Virus record (IMG/VR): IMGVR_UViG_3300025674_000019
Span: 1 to 64,000 of that record
Reading direction: 5' to 3' (one strand)
Origin: a virus
DNA length: 64,000 nucleotides
The translations under genes were made by a program, and so were the position numbers. Position 1 is the first letter of the stretch. Every line of letters begins with the position of its first letter. A model generated the notes under the pieces. The model ran no database searches, was not told the origin of the DNA, and worked only from the letters and a program-made list of their open reading frames with translations. This document shows positions 36,023 through 47,400 of this stretch, in pieces.

Positions 36023-37716
36023 TGGACTATCCCCAAAGAGATGTCAGAAGCTAAGCAATGTACCACGCTGGTACTATCTGATACCTGCAGGCTCTCTAAG
36101 TACCCGTCAGGCAAGCTGTACTCCACGATAGTTGACTCGTACTCATAGTATGGGCTTGAGTCGGAGTAAGAGGTGCTAGTGGTGGGCTTGAAGAAGACTT
36201 TGTTTCCGTCCGGTAGCAGCACAGAATAGGTAAAACTAGACGAGCTAAGGTCTATGTTGATTATGTATGAAGAGTACTCTTCCATGATGTAGTGGACTAC
36301 ATCTGAAAGGTTAAGCTCTTCTTTAGTGGCGGGATACCTAGAGATATACGAAGCTAAATCAGCTTTTACCGTACTCTCAGGCAGGTCTCCCGGCCTGTCT
36401 TCCCTCAGTCTTACCTTTAGAGAGAAGTATATATTCTTTACAGTCGGAGTGTACACTAGCTGGTCCACTCCTAAGGGTAAGATATCGGAAGCGCTAGCCG
36501 TAGTCTCAGCTAGGCTATGTCCTTTAGGGAGTAGCGACATGAAGGTTACCGCTTGGTCTTCCACTCTAGTAAGAATCTTCATGTTCTCCAGAGAGGTCCT
36601 GCAGTAAATAGGGCCAGACAGGCTAGTTAATCCGCTAGTGTCTGTCGGAGTATCGTATCTAAGCCTATACTCAGAGGCCTCTAGAGCATCACCATGCGCT
36701 CTGTCTATCAGTAGCTCTTTCTCCTTGAGCACTACCTCTCTGCCGTCCGAAGTAGTAACTTCGCTGATAAGGCTAAATCCTAGCGCCCGCACATCGGCGG
36801 CCTTAGCGACTGAGGCTGGAGCAGAAGTCTCCGTTCCAACTGTGTCTATATTCTTTGTGTCCTGGTAGTACCCCAAGTTAGCGTAGATGTTGCTCTTCCC
36901 TAAGATCCTTACTTCCGTAGAATTTATAGAGAGAATATCTCTCTTCATAGCGGAAGAGTCTGCTCCGGTAGTACTAACAGACACGCAGGTTTCTAGGGAG
37001 TCTAGTAGGTAGGCCTCTATCCCGGACTTAGAGTACATGCCCCTAGTGGTGAGGGCTCCCTTAATCCTCTGAGCTAAAGAAGAGTTTGTCTCTTCTCCTT
37101 CTGCCGGACTAAAGGCGGTCTTGTTATGCACTCGCACTAGGTTGTCTACGGCAGGGTTCATTCCCTCAAACTCACCTGGAGAGAGAGATGAGCCTATAAA
37201 GCTTACAGTGCCTTCCACGACTATATCGTAGTAGTAGTTCCCTGTAAGCTCTCCGTCGTCTCCTACCTCCTCTAAGAGATCCTCTCCTAGTACAACCAAA
37301 TCCTGGTCTAAGCCTCCCGCCCCAGCGTAGAAGAACTCTACTCCAGTAGTCCTCGTAAAGATTGTGTTTGCAGGGACCACAAACCCCTGTCTTTGGCTCA
37401 CAACTATAGTGGCAACGCCCTGGGAAGTAGTCCCAGCCTTCCTCTCTATAAAGAAGTTACTGGCTATCTCGTCTAGAACTTGGGCACTAGAGCGGTCTTC
37501 TACTTCAGATACTCTACTAATGTCTAAACTATTGACTACTCTTTGAGCTTCCTTCTCTACTAGAAGCGCAACATAAGCAGCAGGCTTAACTACGAGGTCA
37601 TTGAAAAAGGAGCCTTCCCTAAGGTTCGAGTCTCCGATCTTTCCCTGTAAGAAAGCTCGAAGGTATCTCTGCTTATCGAGCACCTCTTGAGTAGTGATCG
37701 TTACGCCATTTAGCAT
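36019..37716 (-). CDS. baseplate J-like (T4 gp6-like) wedge protein
   Basis: LREGS..DL.VKP, LD.IASNFFIERKAG, VPANT.F, EETNSSLAQRI. Confidence 0.8.
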   Translation of the reverse strand: MLNGVTITTQEVLDKQRYLRAFLQGKIGDSNLREGSFFNDLVVKPAAYVALLVEKEAQRVVNSLDISRVSEVEDRSSAQVLDEIASNFFIERKAGTTSQGVATIVVSQRQGFVVPANTIFTRTTGVEFFYAGAGGLDQDLVVLGEDLLEEVGDDGELTGNYYYDIVVEGTVSFIGSSLSPGEFEGMNPAVDNLVRVHNKTAFSPAEGEETNSSLAQRIKGALTTRGMYSKSGIEAYLLDSLETCVSVSTTGADSSAMKRDILSINSTEVRILGKSNIYANLGYYQDTKNIDTVGTETSAPASVAKAADVRALGFSLISEVTTSDGREVVLKEKELLIDRAHGDALEASEYRLRYDTPTDTSGLTSLSGPIYCRTSLENMKILTRVEDQAVTFMSLLPKGHSLAETTASASDILPLGVDQLVYTPTVKNIYFSLKVRLREDRPGDLPESTVKADLASYISRYPATKEELNLSDVVHYIMEEYSSYIINIDLSSSSFTYSVLLPDGNKVFFKPTTSTSYSDSSPYYEYESTIVEYSLPDGYLESLQVSDSTSVVHCLASDISLGIVQ

Positions 37717-37717
37717 T

Positions 37718-38170
37718 TTATACCTCTAGGTGTAGAAGGCCTGTCTTTCCGGACTCTGCAACTATAAGTATAGATACTTGGGCTGAATCATTGGTAGGGA
37801 AGGAAATGCTCACCAGATTGACAGACTTAAGGACCGCGTCTTGATCCCCCGGGGTAAAAGAGCTTCTCTGCTCTCTAAGCATGGACTCTTCTATATCTAT
37901 AAGTGCCCTAGAAAAAACTGTAGAGAAACTAGCGGAGTCTGAAGATCCGGCTAGCCTGCCAATACTGCCGCCAAGCTGGGGTCGGAGCGGGTCAGACCCC
38001 TTAGTAGTAAACAGTAGGTAGAGAACTCTAGAGGCCAGCGCGCTGAGGCCGCTAGCCTTAACAATCTCCCCCGACTCGTCCGTGCCGAATACAAAGTTAG
38101 GCTTTAGAGGGCTGAAGGACGTGGGGGACTCCGATGGTTCTAACCCTTCGGGAACTATAGAAATATCCAT
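37718..38170 (-). CDS. baseplate gp25/GpW-like protein
   Basis: LLFTTKGSDPLRPQLGGSI motif; size and position upstream of the J-like gene. Confidence 0.7.
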   Translation of the reverse strand: MDISIVPEGLEPSESPTSFSPLKPNFVFGTDESGEIVKASGLSALASRVLYLLFTTKGSDPLRPQLGGSIGRLAGSSDSASFSTVFSRALIDIEESMLREQRSSFTPGDQDAVLKSVNLVSISFPTNDSAQVSILIVAESGKTGLLHLEV

Positions 38171-38610
38171 CAGCTAAACTCCTCTCCGTACTCCAGTTCG
38201 TCCTGACCTGCCTGGACCTCTGACTCTCTCTCAGCCTCTGCTAGCTGCTCGGAGAACGCTGTATACTGCTCAGAAATTATGTCTCTATCCGAGTCAGCGC
38301 GCAATCCGGCATTATGCCTACTAGATAATGAGCTAAAAGAAAGGGCCCTCCTAGTAGTAACCAGATCATCATAAGCCATAGAGAAAACTCTGTGGTACAT
38401 ATCTGGGAGAGAGTCAGCCTCTGTAGAGGAAATATACTGGTCGGCCTTGCCTATAAGGTAGCCTAGAACCTGTAAAAATAGCTGTACTTCAGACGGCCTA
38501 AAAGGTGATTGGCCTTCCGCCATCTTTAGAGTCTTAGTCTGTACAGCTTGAAGCGTGGCTGAGATGTCCCTCAACAAAACTAAAGCTGAGCTTAAGTTTT
38601 GCTCACTCAT
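38170..38610 (-). CDS. hypothetical protein
   Basis: 146 aa ORF coupled within the tail operon. Confidence 0.6.
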   Translation of the reverse strand: MSEQNLSSALVLLRDISATLQAVQTKTLKMAEGQSPFRPSEVQLFLQVLGYLIGKADQYISSTEADSLPDMYHRVFSMAYDDLVTTRRALSFSSLSSRHNAGLRADSDRDIISEQYTAFSEQLAEAERESEVQAGQDELEYGEEFS

Positions 38611-39302
38611 TTAAGGCCCCTGTAGGTTAGTACTCTGTCCCTAATTCTTCTCTTGCTGTGAGATATCTGGCCTTGCGTTAGCTTAGCCTTCTTAGACAGC
38701 CCAGACCCAGATAGAACCGGTGCTCCGCCGTATCCGGTAGTGTGCTCGAAGACTACTTTATCCTGGTCATTAAGGTCATGGTAGATGAAGTCCAGCTCTC
38801 CCATGTCAGAGTTAAAGCTCTCAAAGCCAGGAGGAGTAGGCTTAGAAGTACTGTACTGGCCCCGAAGCTCTTCTCTGAATCTACCTACTTCTTTCTGAGA
38901 CCACTTAAGGTCCTCTGAGAGCTCTACTACGGTAGGCATTCTTCCCAGCTTATTCGTTAATTCTTCCTGGCTTGTAAGAAACGTCCCTGTCTTGTACGTC
39001 CTAGACTCAGGCATTCTAGCCACTTGAGTTTCGTAAACAGGCCTGGACAGTCCCTTTAAGTGGTTAGTCACATGCGTGTTTAGCTGTGCCTTTGCCGGGT
39101 CAAAGTTTTTGACAGCGTCAGCGACTATACCTTTAGCCTTGATCTTTAGTACCATCGGGGCGACATTGCCTCCGCCCCACTTGTTAACGGCTTTATTTAT
39201 AGTTCCGTCAAACTGCTTAAGCAGAGGGTTGAGCGTACTTTTACCTGGGTTGGCGTTGTAGGCCTTCCATAGCTCCATGTCTTTGTCTGATCTAGCGCTC
39301 AT
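38607..39302 (-). CDS. divergent sigma-70 family factor (FliA/SigF-like)
   Basis: AVKNFDPAK.QLNTHV (region 2), KLGRMPTVVELSEDLKWS (region 3), LNDQDKVVF and GQISHSKRRI (region 4). Confidence 0.7.
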   Translation of the reverse strand: MSARSDKDMELWKAYNANPGKSTLNPLLKQFDGTINKAVNKWGGGNVAPMVLKIKAKGIVADAVKNFDPAKAQLNTHVTNHLKGLSRPVYETQVARMPESRTYKTGTFLTSQEELTNKLGRMPTVVELSEDLKWSQKEVGRFREELRGQYSTSKPTPPGFESFNSDMGELDFIYHDLNDQDKVVFEHTTGYGGAPVLSGSGLSKKAKLTQGQISHSKRRIRDRVLTYRGLK

Positions 39303-39305
39303 GCC

Positions 39306-42300
39306 TTAAGCTCCTTTAATCGGATTAGTACCCTCAATTATAGTCAAGTAGTCTAGTAGTAGACTCTGCCAGTCCCTTCTAGAGTCAGCTAAGTCTGTGT
39401 ATTTAGCTACGTCATCTTGGCTAAAAGACTTGAACACCTGGTTGGGGCCCTGCTCCGTAATGGTAGTAAGCTGTAGTGTAGCTGCCTCGGCCCTCTCTCG
39501 CTCTTCTAGCTGGTCTAGGTACAGGCCAGAGTCTTGTAGATCATCGGAGTCTAGGGCCTTGAGCCGGTTAAGGCTGGAGGCTAATGCCCGAGATCTGCCC
39601 CTAACGGAAGACCCAGGCTCTAGCCCAGGACCCCCTATAAACTGCCTGATTACATCGTAGTACTTTGCGCCAGAGAGGGAGTCTATCCTCGGGTTTAGCC
39701 TTACACCTCTGCCTCTACCGATAGGGTCTAGATTGGCAGCCGTCCTTCCCGCAGTAGCGTAAAAGTCTATATACTGCTCCAGCGTACATACCGGTCTAGA
39801 GCAGTACCGCATAGCATGGTCAGTGCTAGAGAAGTACCTAGAGGCCTCGGGAAGAGGAACTAGCTTGGAGTTCTCCTGATAGCCTTCTTTGCTGAGCCTG
39901 CTTTCATCCACGTTAGGTATTTTTTGGCGGGCTAGTTTGGCGTCGGAATCCCTCATTACGATGAACGAGGGATCCTCAGAATCTACTGATTCCCACCCCA
40001 AGAACTGCTTAAAGTCGAAAGCTGAGGGGTGCAGCAGCAAGGGGTAGTAATCTGGGTTGTCCCTGTCTATTGTCTCGGGGAGAAGGGCGGCTTGCCTCTC
40101 CACGTCCCTTGTCTTCGAAGCTACAGCCTCTCGTAGACCTTCTACGTCTTCTGCAGAAGATGAAACAGATGCGCTTACTGCTTCGAGCCTCGCTTTCAGG
40201 TCAGCTAGCTCTTCTTGGAGAGCTTTATACTCCAATATTGCAGAACGGGTAGCTTCGTCCACCAAGGGAGCCTTACCTATCTCGTTCTTTTTGAATAGCT
40301 GACTGTAGTACTCATTTGCGGTCTGGTAAATCTGCAGAAGGTCCCGAACTTCAGATACCGGCTCTTGGGGCGCCATGTCTAAATTAGCTGCGTCAGACTC
40401 AATGTTCTTGAGAGTCTCTTCTATATGTCGAACCTTACTGATGTTAACAGAAGTCATAGCGCTAGAAGGGGACAGGCTGTGCTGGATAGAGACTATCTCT
40501 CCAAAGATCTGATGTCCTGTCTCGCCATTACTCAGCAAAGAGCAAGGCATGCCCACTACCATATAAGGGTTGAATACAGTAGAAGCGCTCGCAGAAACAG
40601 CTCCATACTTTCTAGATAGGTACTCCTTTTGAGCAACCAAGAAGTAGAGTCCATAGCTGCTAAACCCATTTGTGCTCATCCTCTGAGCGCTTGCTATGGC
40701 CCTGTTAGCTGTCTCTGGGTCTAAGCCTGCAGGTAAAGCTGTAGCTGCTGAGCGGTTTGAAGGGGCTGAGAACCTGGCTGAGTTAGCGTACTTCTGCAAG
40801 TCCATATAGGTTGGGTGCATATTATCTATGACAGGGTTCGGGCCCTTAAAGTACTCCTCCGGAAAGATAAGGTACTCTAAGCCTTCTCTGGCGCTTCCCG
40901 CAGCATTTTGTGCGTGCCCTACCGCTACGCTTGGGTACCCCACTCTAGAAGGATCCATGTTATAGCCTGGGGACTTATTTGTTAAGTTTAGCTTACCGTA
41001 TGGCCCTCTTTTGTTATAATAAAGCCTAGTAGGCTTAGCACTGTAAGAGTCACTAATACTTACAGAGAATGTCATTGAAGGGAATATGGCATTGCATGAC
41101 GGAGGAATAGAGTAAGAGGATATTGGGTTAGTAAGATAGCTAGCTATGCAGAGCCTTCTCTTACTCTTGCTGAGTGCCGAGCTCCATCCTGGGTAGTCTA
41201 TGCCTTCTTCCCCTGGCTTAGACTCTGGCTTAGAGTCGTAAAAGCTGGCGTGAGGTAATCCGTAATTATCGACTTGGTATGCTGGAGGCGCAAGTACTTC
41301 GGTTATACTATAGAAGTACATATTATACAGGTTCTGGATCAAACCTAGGGCGCTCCCTCCTGGTCCGTACTGAGCGCCCGTCTGTCTAACCATAGACTTA
41401 ACGAACTTCTTAGCTTTAGCGCTTCTAAGAAACGGAAATACCCCTCCACCCATGTGGGCCTTTATAGGGTTGTCGGAGTTTGGAATGCCTTCTAGGTACG
41501 GAGAGCAAACCCAGTGCTCTCTGAATCTGAGTAGTCGCATATACCTAGAGAAGAACCCAGTAATCGCAACCTGACTTCCCTGAATAGCCTTCTCTTGGAT
41601 ATCTCTAGCTATCTCTGCACGTATCAGAAGGTCTTGAAACTTCGAGATAGAATCTAACGATCCTCCCTGAGATACCGCTACCGAGATCACATCTCTATTG
41701 ATCCCTTTTAGTAGCGCTTGAGACCTCTGCTCATCTGTGATGGCTCCTTGAAAAGAGCCTACACGGTCCTGCAGCCTGCGTATGCGCCTCTTGTAACTCC
41801 TATCCAGCTGCCCTGCTTTGCTTCTAACGAGCTCTTCCAAAGATTCAGCTGATTGCCTAAGGTCTGACCTAGCTGTGTCTCTCTTTACCCCTAAGCAGAT
41901 GTTAAACACGTTCTCTATAAAGTCGAACGGCCTAGCTAACGGCCTACCTGAGAGGCTCTCTGTGAGGAAAGAGCTAGCGGTCTTGCCTCGTACAACGATC
42001 TGATTAGGGTAATCCTTAGTAGCAGTATTAGATCCTCGCTTCTTCTTTAGAAAAGAGAAGTAGAGGCTAGACAAAACGTTTACATTACTCTCGGCGGTAA
42101 ACCCGCAGCTTTCTCCGTCGGGCTGGTTAGAGTAGCTCTGCCCTGTTATCCTTCCCTCAAAGAGAAGGCACCAAGTAGGGTTATCGTAGTAGTACACATC
42201 TAAATAAAAGATAGCTACATTCAGGTTGTCTTCATCTCCCAGGCCTCTAAGGATAGAGTGAGCAGGTAGAGATAGACTGGCACTGGCGTACCCCCCTGCT

Positions 42301-42398
42301 TGCACAGACACGCTAGCAGAGCTACAGGGTACTCTAACTCCATTTATGTATACTAAGAATCCGCCTAGAGTGGCGTCTCTTCCGTAGTCTGAAGCCAT
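39306..42398 (-). CDS. large baseplate hub/tail protein
   Basis: VYINGVRVP, LLFEGRI, FNPYMVVGMP, GEIVSIQHSL..T.V segments typical of hub proteins; tail cluster context. Confidence 0.55.
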   Translation of the reverse strand: MASDYGRDATLGGFLVYINGVRVPCSSASVSVQAGGYASASLSLPAHSILRGLGDEDNLNVAIFYLDVYYYDNPTWCLLFEGRITGQSYSNQPDGESCGFTAESNVNVLSSLYFSFLKKKRGSNTATKDYPNQIVVRGKTASSFLTESLSGRPLARPFDFIENVFNICLGVKRDTARSDLRQSAESLEELVRSKAGQLDRSYKRRIRRLQDRVGSFQGAITDEQRSQALLKGINRDVISVAVSQGGSLDSISKFQDLLIRAEIARDIQEKAIQGSQVAITGFFSRYMRLLRFREHWVCSPYLEGIPNSDNPIKAHMGGGVFPFLRSAKAKKFVKSMVRQTGAQYGPGGSALGLIQNLYNMYFYSITEVLAPPAYQVDNYGLPHASFYDSKPESKPGEEGIDYPGWSSALSKSKRRLCIASYLTNPISSYSIPPSCNAIFPSMTFSVSISDSYSAKPTRLYYNKRGPYGKLNLTNKSPGYNMDPSRVGYPSVAVGHAQNAAGSAREGLEYLIFPEEYFKGPNPVIDNMHPTYMDLQKYANSARFSAPSNRSAATALPAGLDPETANRAIASAQRMSTNGFSSYGLYFLVAQKEYLSRKYGAVSASASTVFNPYMVVGMPCSLLSNGETGHQIFGEIVSIQHSLSPSSAMTSVNISKVRHIEETLKNIESDAANLDMAPQEPVSEVRDLLQIYQTANEYYSQLFKKNEIGKAPLVDEATRSAILEYKALQEELADLKARLEAVSASVSSSAEDVEGLREAVASKTRDVERQAALLPETIDRDNPDYYPLLLHPSAFDFKQFLGWESVDSEDPSFIVMRDSDAKLARQKIPNVDESRLSKEGYQENSKLVPLPEASRYFSSTDHAMRYCSRPVCTLEQYIDFYATAGRTAANLDPIGRGRGVRLNPRIDSLSGAKYYDVIRQFIGGPGLEPGSSVRGRSRALASSLNRLKALDSDDLQDSGLYLDQLEERERAEAATLQLTTITEQGPNQVFKSFSQDDVAKYTDLADSRRDWQSLLLDYLTIIEGTNPIKGA

Positions 42399-42913
42399 TA
42401 GTTTACATCCATATATAGCAGTATAAGAGCAAGCGTTCTCAGTAAGTTAGGTATACCAGTGTGAGCTACATCCATGTTCTCGTGCATTGGAGACTGGAAC
42501 TTGTTGTAGTAGCCACTCTTACTAAGAAGCGCTCTTGCTCGTTCGTACAATACTTGGTAAGACCCTTCGTCCTCCATTAGGCTAGACACTTTTACTACGT
42601 TAGGAAGCGCTGTACCTATAATAGTGTCCGTATTTGCAGCAAACATATGCTTTACCAAGTGTGCGCAGCCATTTGTTGCTAGTAGCTGTATGGCCCTATA
42701 GGCAGCTAGTCTTAGCTCAGGAGTCCTTCCCTGGTCATCCTCAGACACGAGAGAGCCTAGAACTGAGTCCCTAAGTGAGTTTAGCTCTGGGACATCCCCG
42801 ATGTGAGTAGCTATCCGTAGCGCTACCTCCCCTAGAGGGGTTCCCTGAAGAGCGGCGTGGTGCTCCGTCTTGTAGTCGGGCAGGGATATGTCGTAGTCGT
42901 AGGCTAAAGTCAT
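42398..42913 (-). CDS. hypothetical protein
   Basis: 171 aa ORF in the tail operon. Confidence 0.55.
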   Translation of the reverse strand: MTLAYDYDISLPDYKTEHHAALQGTPLGEVALRIATHIGDVPELNSLRDSVLGSLVSEDDQGRTPELRLAAYRAIQLLATNGCAHLVKHMFAANTDTIIGTALPNVVKVSSLMEDEGSYQVLYERARALLSKSGYYNKFQSPMHENMDVAHTGIPNLLRTLALILLYMDVN

Positions 42914-42917
42914 CTAG

Positions 42918-44258
42918 CTACTCCTGTTTTGGCTGCGGAGTTGGAGAAGACTCCTCAGAGGGGGAGGACTTTGTGTCTGCAGGAGGAGTCTTAGTGCCTG
43001 CTGCAACTGTAGAATTCAGCTTTCTCAGTGCAGCAGTAGCCGCAGCCGTATCCACTTTAGTATCAAAGTTAGTTACTTCCTCAATACTCCTAAATCCTTC
43101 TCTCTGAAAGAGTGCATCCCTCCTAGCCTTCTCGCCGGCTGTCAGGCCCGGTATCTCTGTCTGCCTGTAGGCAGCCCTAAGATCCCTAACTTCTGGCTCA
43201 TTGTTCAGAAGATCTAGTCTCCTTCTTTTTTCTTCAGCAGAGAGGCTGCTATTGCTCTTTATTCTGTTTATCTTATCCTGGAGTGCTCGTCTCGTCTGGA
43301 TAATAGAGTCACTGATATCGCACTTTGAAGCCCTTGGACTTGACAGGAAAGTCCCAGCCTTGGGTGCAGTCCTAGCCGCGGCAGACCCGCCTCTAGCCCG
43401 CATGGCGGCCCTATTAACGCGGCAGTTAGGCTTTCTAACCCCCGAAGCTCTCCTAGGCCGAGGAGGCGGCTTTATTCTTGCTGTGTTCAAGTAATCGTCA
43501 AATGCAGGCAAGGCATCTATGCCCTCGACCTTATCAAAAGAGCTAAGGCTGCCTGTAAAGTACGCATTGTTATAGCTTAAAGCCTGCTTAGGCGTAAGTA
43601 TAACCTCTTTACGCACAAGCATAGAAAAGCCAAAGTTAACCATCATCTCATTCGACGCAGATAAGTTCTGAGATAGGTTAAGGATCCATCCAGATATTAT
43701 TCTATTGTCGTAAACTACCTGGGTGAGTGTTCTATTCTTTGCCGCTGCAGTGCCCCTAAACAAGTAGTCATAGAGCTTAGTAAATATATCCCTGCACGCA
43801 GCATTCCTTGTATTGTACAAGATGCCGGAGAAGCTGTAGGTCCTAGGACTCTCCCCATAGAAAGTAGCTACATAGTTGTCCCCATGAAGAGGCATAGTCT
43901 GTACTTTTTCTGACCTATTCTCGCTCACAGAGCTCAATAGGAATCCTACATACGCAGACCCAGAAGTTATATCTATTCCTGGTATCTGCTCTAAGACCTC
44001 TAGCCTGCTCTTAGAGGCCGGCTCAGTAAAGTACATTCGTGCCTGGGATACCTCTGCAGACTCTGACCCTTCCGTAATATTGTATCTAGGGAGGAGAGCT
44101 TCTACTGACTTTCTAGTAGCGTCTCCCAGCACTGTGTTGATGTACGGGTTTTCGCTACCATCTTCTGGAAGGTTACCCGGAGGTGGAAGGAACTTAGGGT
44201 CGCTGAGTACAGCGCCATTCCTGTAGTAGTTTACATGCTCTCTTATATCAGTCCCCAT
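42918..44258 (-). CDS. putative tail tube initiator/baseplate protein
   Basis: FLLSSVSENRSEKVQ..FYGESPRTYSFSGILYN tube-like segment; downstream of the tape measure gene. Confidence 0.5.
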   Translation of the reverse strand: MGTDIREHVNYYRNGAVLSDPKFLPPPGNLPEDGSENPYINTVLGDATRKSVEALLPRYNITEGSESAEVSQARMYFTEPASKSRLEVLEQIPGIDITSGSAYVGFLLSSVSENRSEKVQTMPLHGDNYVATFYGESPRTYSFSGILYNTRNAACRDIFTKLYDYLFRGTAAAKNRTLTQVVYDNRIISGWILNLSQNLSASNEMMVNFGFSMLVRKEVILTPKQALSYNNAYFTGSLSSFDKVEGIDALPAFDDYLNTARIKPPPRPRRASGVRKPNCRVNRAAMRARGGSAAARTAPKAGTFLSSPRASKCDISDSIIQTRRALQDKINRIKSNSSLSAEEKRRRLDLLNNEPEVRDLRAAYRQTEIPGLTAGEKARRDALFQREGFRSIEEVTNFDTKVDTAAATAALRKLNSTVAAGTKTPPADTKSSPSEESSPTPQPKQE

Positions 44259-44475
44259 TTAAGATACCTCCGTCTCCCTTAAATGAAGCTACACTTACAA
44301 AAGAGTCCCCATAGGCAACTGCTGACATTCTGTCATAGTGCCCTGATGTCTCCATGACAAAAGAGCCTTTTTTCCTAAGGTCATTAACCATGAGGCTAAG
44401 GAGTGCTGTAAGCTGGCTCTCAGCTGTAGCAGGGTATGTCTTATAGTAGAGCAAGCTCTCTTCTGACTGTGCCAT
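44248..44475 (-). CDS. small hypothetical protein
   Basis: 75 aa; coupled between the tape measure gene and the next gene. Confidence 0.5.
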   Translation of the reverse strand: MAQSEESLLYYKTYPATAESQLTALLSLMVNDLRKKGSFVMETSGHYDRMSAVAYGDSFVSVASFKGDGGILNGD

Positions 44476-44478
44476 GGC

Positions 44479-47400
44479 TTAGCCCCTTTTAGATATAGCT
44501 GCGGAGTTAGAAGGAGTAGCGAGAGTTGTTAACTTGCTCTTTATAGCTTCTAGGTTATCCCTAGCTGCCTTGGTGTCTTCTATGGCCAGAGCTTTTATGA
44601 TACCTGCTGCGGCCTGTATGAGCATGTTGATCTTAGTTGCTGCTGCAGCTACCGACGTGTCCCCAGATGAGTCTTGTCCTGGTACCGGTGCGCTACCCAT
44701 CATATTAAGCACGCCTTCTCTAAAGCGCTTAGACGCTTCTTTTACCTTCTCAGTATCCCCTTGCTGTAGGCCTGCAAAGGTCCTAGTAAAGAGCTCGCGT
44801 ACTCGCTCCTGTACGTCCCCTGATAATCCAGACATGCTTCCGCCTAGAGTTGACTCTATGCTCTCATCAATCTGCATCTGGCCTCCTGCAGATCTAAGAA
44901 GACTTATCTCTCCTCTTCTCATGAACTTAAGGAAGTTACCAGTAGCGTCGTCTCTGTCTCCAAACAGCCCAGCTAGAGGATTATCCTGAAGCATCTCCTC
45001 TGCCATGCCCTGGCTCTTAGATGCGGCCCCCGTAAGCCCTAGCTCGTTCATTTTAGCTGCGAACTGCTCGTCGTTCAACGCCCTATACTGCAGGTTTTCC
45101 TTAGTTGCCGGCCCCTCCCGTGTAGCCCCAGTAGCTGTAATTATATTTTTAAGGTGGGATTTAAGCTTTTCTTTCTCAGAGCTAGAAAGAGCGTCATACT
45201 TTTTCTTCTGCTCTGATGTCAGTTTAGTATTTATGAACCTTCTTACTGCTAGGTCTTCCTCGCCTACGTATAGCCTTCCCTCTTTTGTTATAAAGTTTCG
45301 CATTTGGGCTGACACCTGCCCAAGTGTTGATCCCAGTTTAGTGTATAGATCGCCAAAGCTTTCTAGTTTTGCTCTAAAGTTTGTTTCGGTCATCTCTGCA
45401 GAGGACCCTGTAAGCAAACTAAGAGTAGACACACTCCCAGTCTCTTTGCCTAGCTTGGCTGCTGCCTCTGCCGACATGTACGCTCTAGCTTGTATCTCAT
45501 CCGGGGTTAGAGCCCGCTTATACGTAACGGAGACTCCTTCTTCCATTAGCGCCTTGTAGGAAGCTTCCGAGCCTCCTCCGGCTTCTAGAAGAGCGAGACC
45601 TGTTAAGCCTACTCTTCCCACTTTACCTAAGAAAGTATTAAGGTTTCCGCCCTCATTCTCCCTCGCTGCAGCGTATACCCCTTCTGTAAGCCTCTTTACC
45701 TCGTCAGGAGAGAGGTCGTTGTACTTAGCGGTAGCCTCCTCAATGGTCATACTAGGGTCTTCTCGCATAAAAGCTTGGATTAGGAAGTGCCTAGCCGTGG
45801 CCGTGGCATCGGATGCGATATCCCTACCTCCGGAAGGACCTTCTAGAGTTCTTTCTCCGGGCCCGAATATGCTTGTGCTTCCGGGGTTATTCGCAATGTG
45901 AAGGCTTGCGAGCCTCTCCGCCCTGTAGACTAGAGCTCTCTGCTCTGGGCTTAGGTTTAAGTTATCGAATTTAGCTCTAGTATATTTAGCAAAAGTGCCT
46001 GTGCCAGCAGCCACCCCTTCTATAACAGTTTCATCAAATGCTCTTCTTACTTGCTCTTGGGTCGTGTCTAGAGAAAGGTTATCTCTTAGCTTGCTAATAG
46101 CTCCAGTGTCTCCTAAGGTTCCTAGCGCTCTTCTGGCTTGGCCTAAAGTTCGCTCAGTAAATCCTGCTTCAGCCATTCTCTCTATCTCAGCCAGCCTCTG
46201 CAGTCTTATGGCGCCAATATCGCGAGAACCTCTGCCGTACAGAGCAGTAGTCAGCCCCTCCACATACTCGTATCTGTCTCCACTGAACCCTTCGTTAAAT
46301 AGATACTCGCCAATAGCTCCACGGCCTTCATTCTCAAAGAAAGCTTGAGATCCTTTGCCAAAGAAGTCGTTGGCAAAAACACTCCGTAGTCGTTGAGCAG
46401 CAAGATTATCGTTCATCTGTCCGTAGCGGTAATCTTCTGAAGTGAAAGCATTGTACAACGTGTCAGTGAAGAATCCTCGTTCACTAATATCCCGAGTGTA
46501 TATCCCACCCCTTCTGTTAGGTCTCAGCAAGCTTCTGCTTGAGTAGTCTGTTCCTCCTATTAACCCGAGGTAGTCGGCGCTACTGTACTGACCTGGGGTA
46601 GCCCCAAACCTATCTCTGGCTTCTCTCCTGAGCATATCTTCTCGTCCAGCAGCTCGATCTGCCTCCAGCCTACCTAGAGACTCAAAGTAGCCAGCTCTAG
46701 CTGTTTCTTGTATCTGCTCTGCGCTTGTAAAGTTTCGGAGAGCTAGTTGATCCAACTCTTGAAGCTGCTGGTTTCTAAACGCTTCTCTACGCCTAGACCT
46801 GCCTTGGCTGTAAGTCTGCAGCTGAGTAAGGACTGCTTTTCCAGACTCTCCGTATAGCTCACTAGCTACTGCATTTAGATCCAGATTGTTTGTGGATAGA
46901 GCTCTTTGCACTATCTCTTCGCCCATCATTCCAAGGCGAGTAGCAGGGTCCATAGAGTTAGCAGCTTCCCTGCTGAGCTTACCTATGTCTCGGCTCAGTA
47001 CGCTCTGGACTAGGCTTCGAGTAGATCTGTCTCTTAGCAGCTTGTTAGCCTCAGGGCCTCTAATCAGCCGCATACCTCTCTTGTTCGCTTCCTCTGGGTT
47101 GAGCCCTAGCTCAACCATTCTCTGCAAAGCGCCCTGGTCAATCTTTAGTTGCCCTGATGCTGGGTCTAAGTAGTACGAGCCCATAGCAAGAGACTGGGCG
47201 TTCCTGGCTGCAAAAGATGCGTGTGCTTGTGTAAGGTTATTAGTATACGCTTCGGCAGACCCGCCTACAGCTGCTTGCTGTGCTGCTGACAAGAATCCGA
47301 ACTGGGAGTTAGCAGTAACAGAGGAAAAGAGAGCTGACTCTACCCCTAGTTGGCCGCCTAAGCCCGCTCCAGCAGTAGTGCTGGCTGCAGCAGAGAGCGT

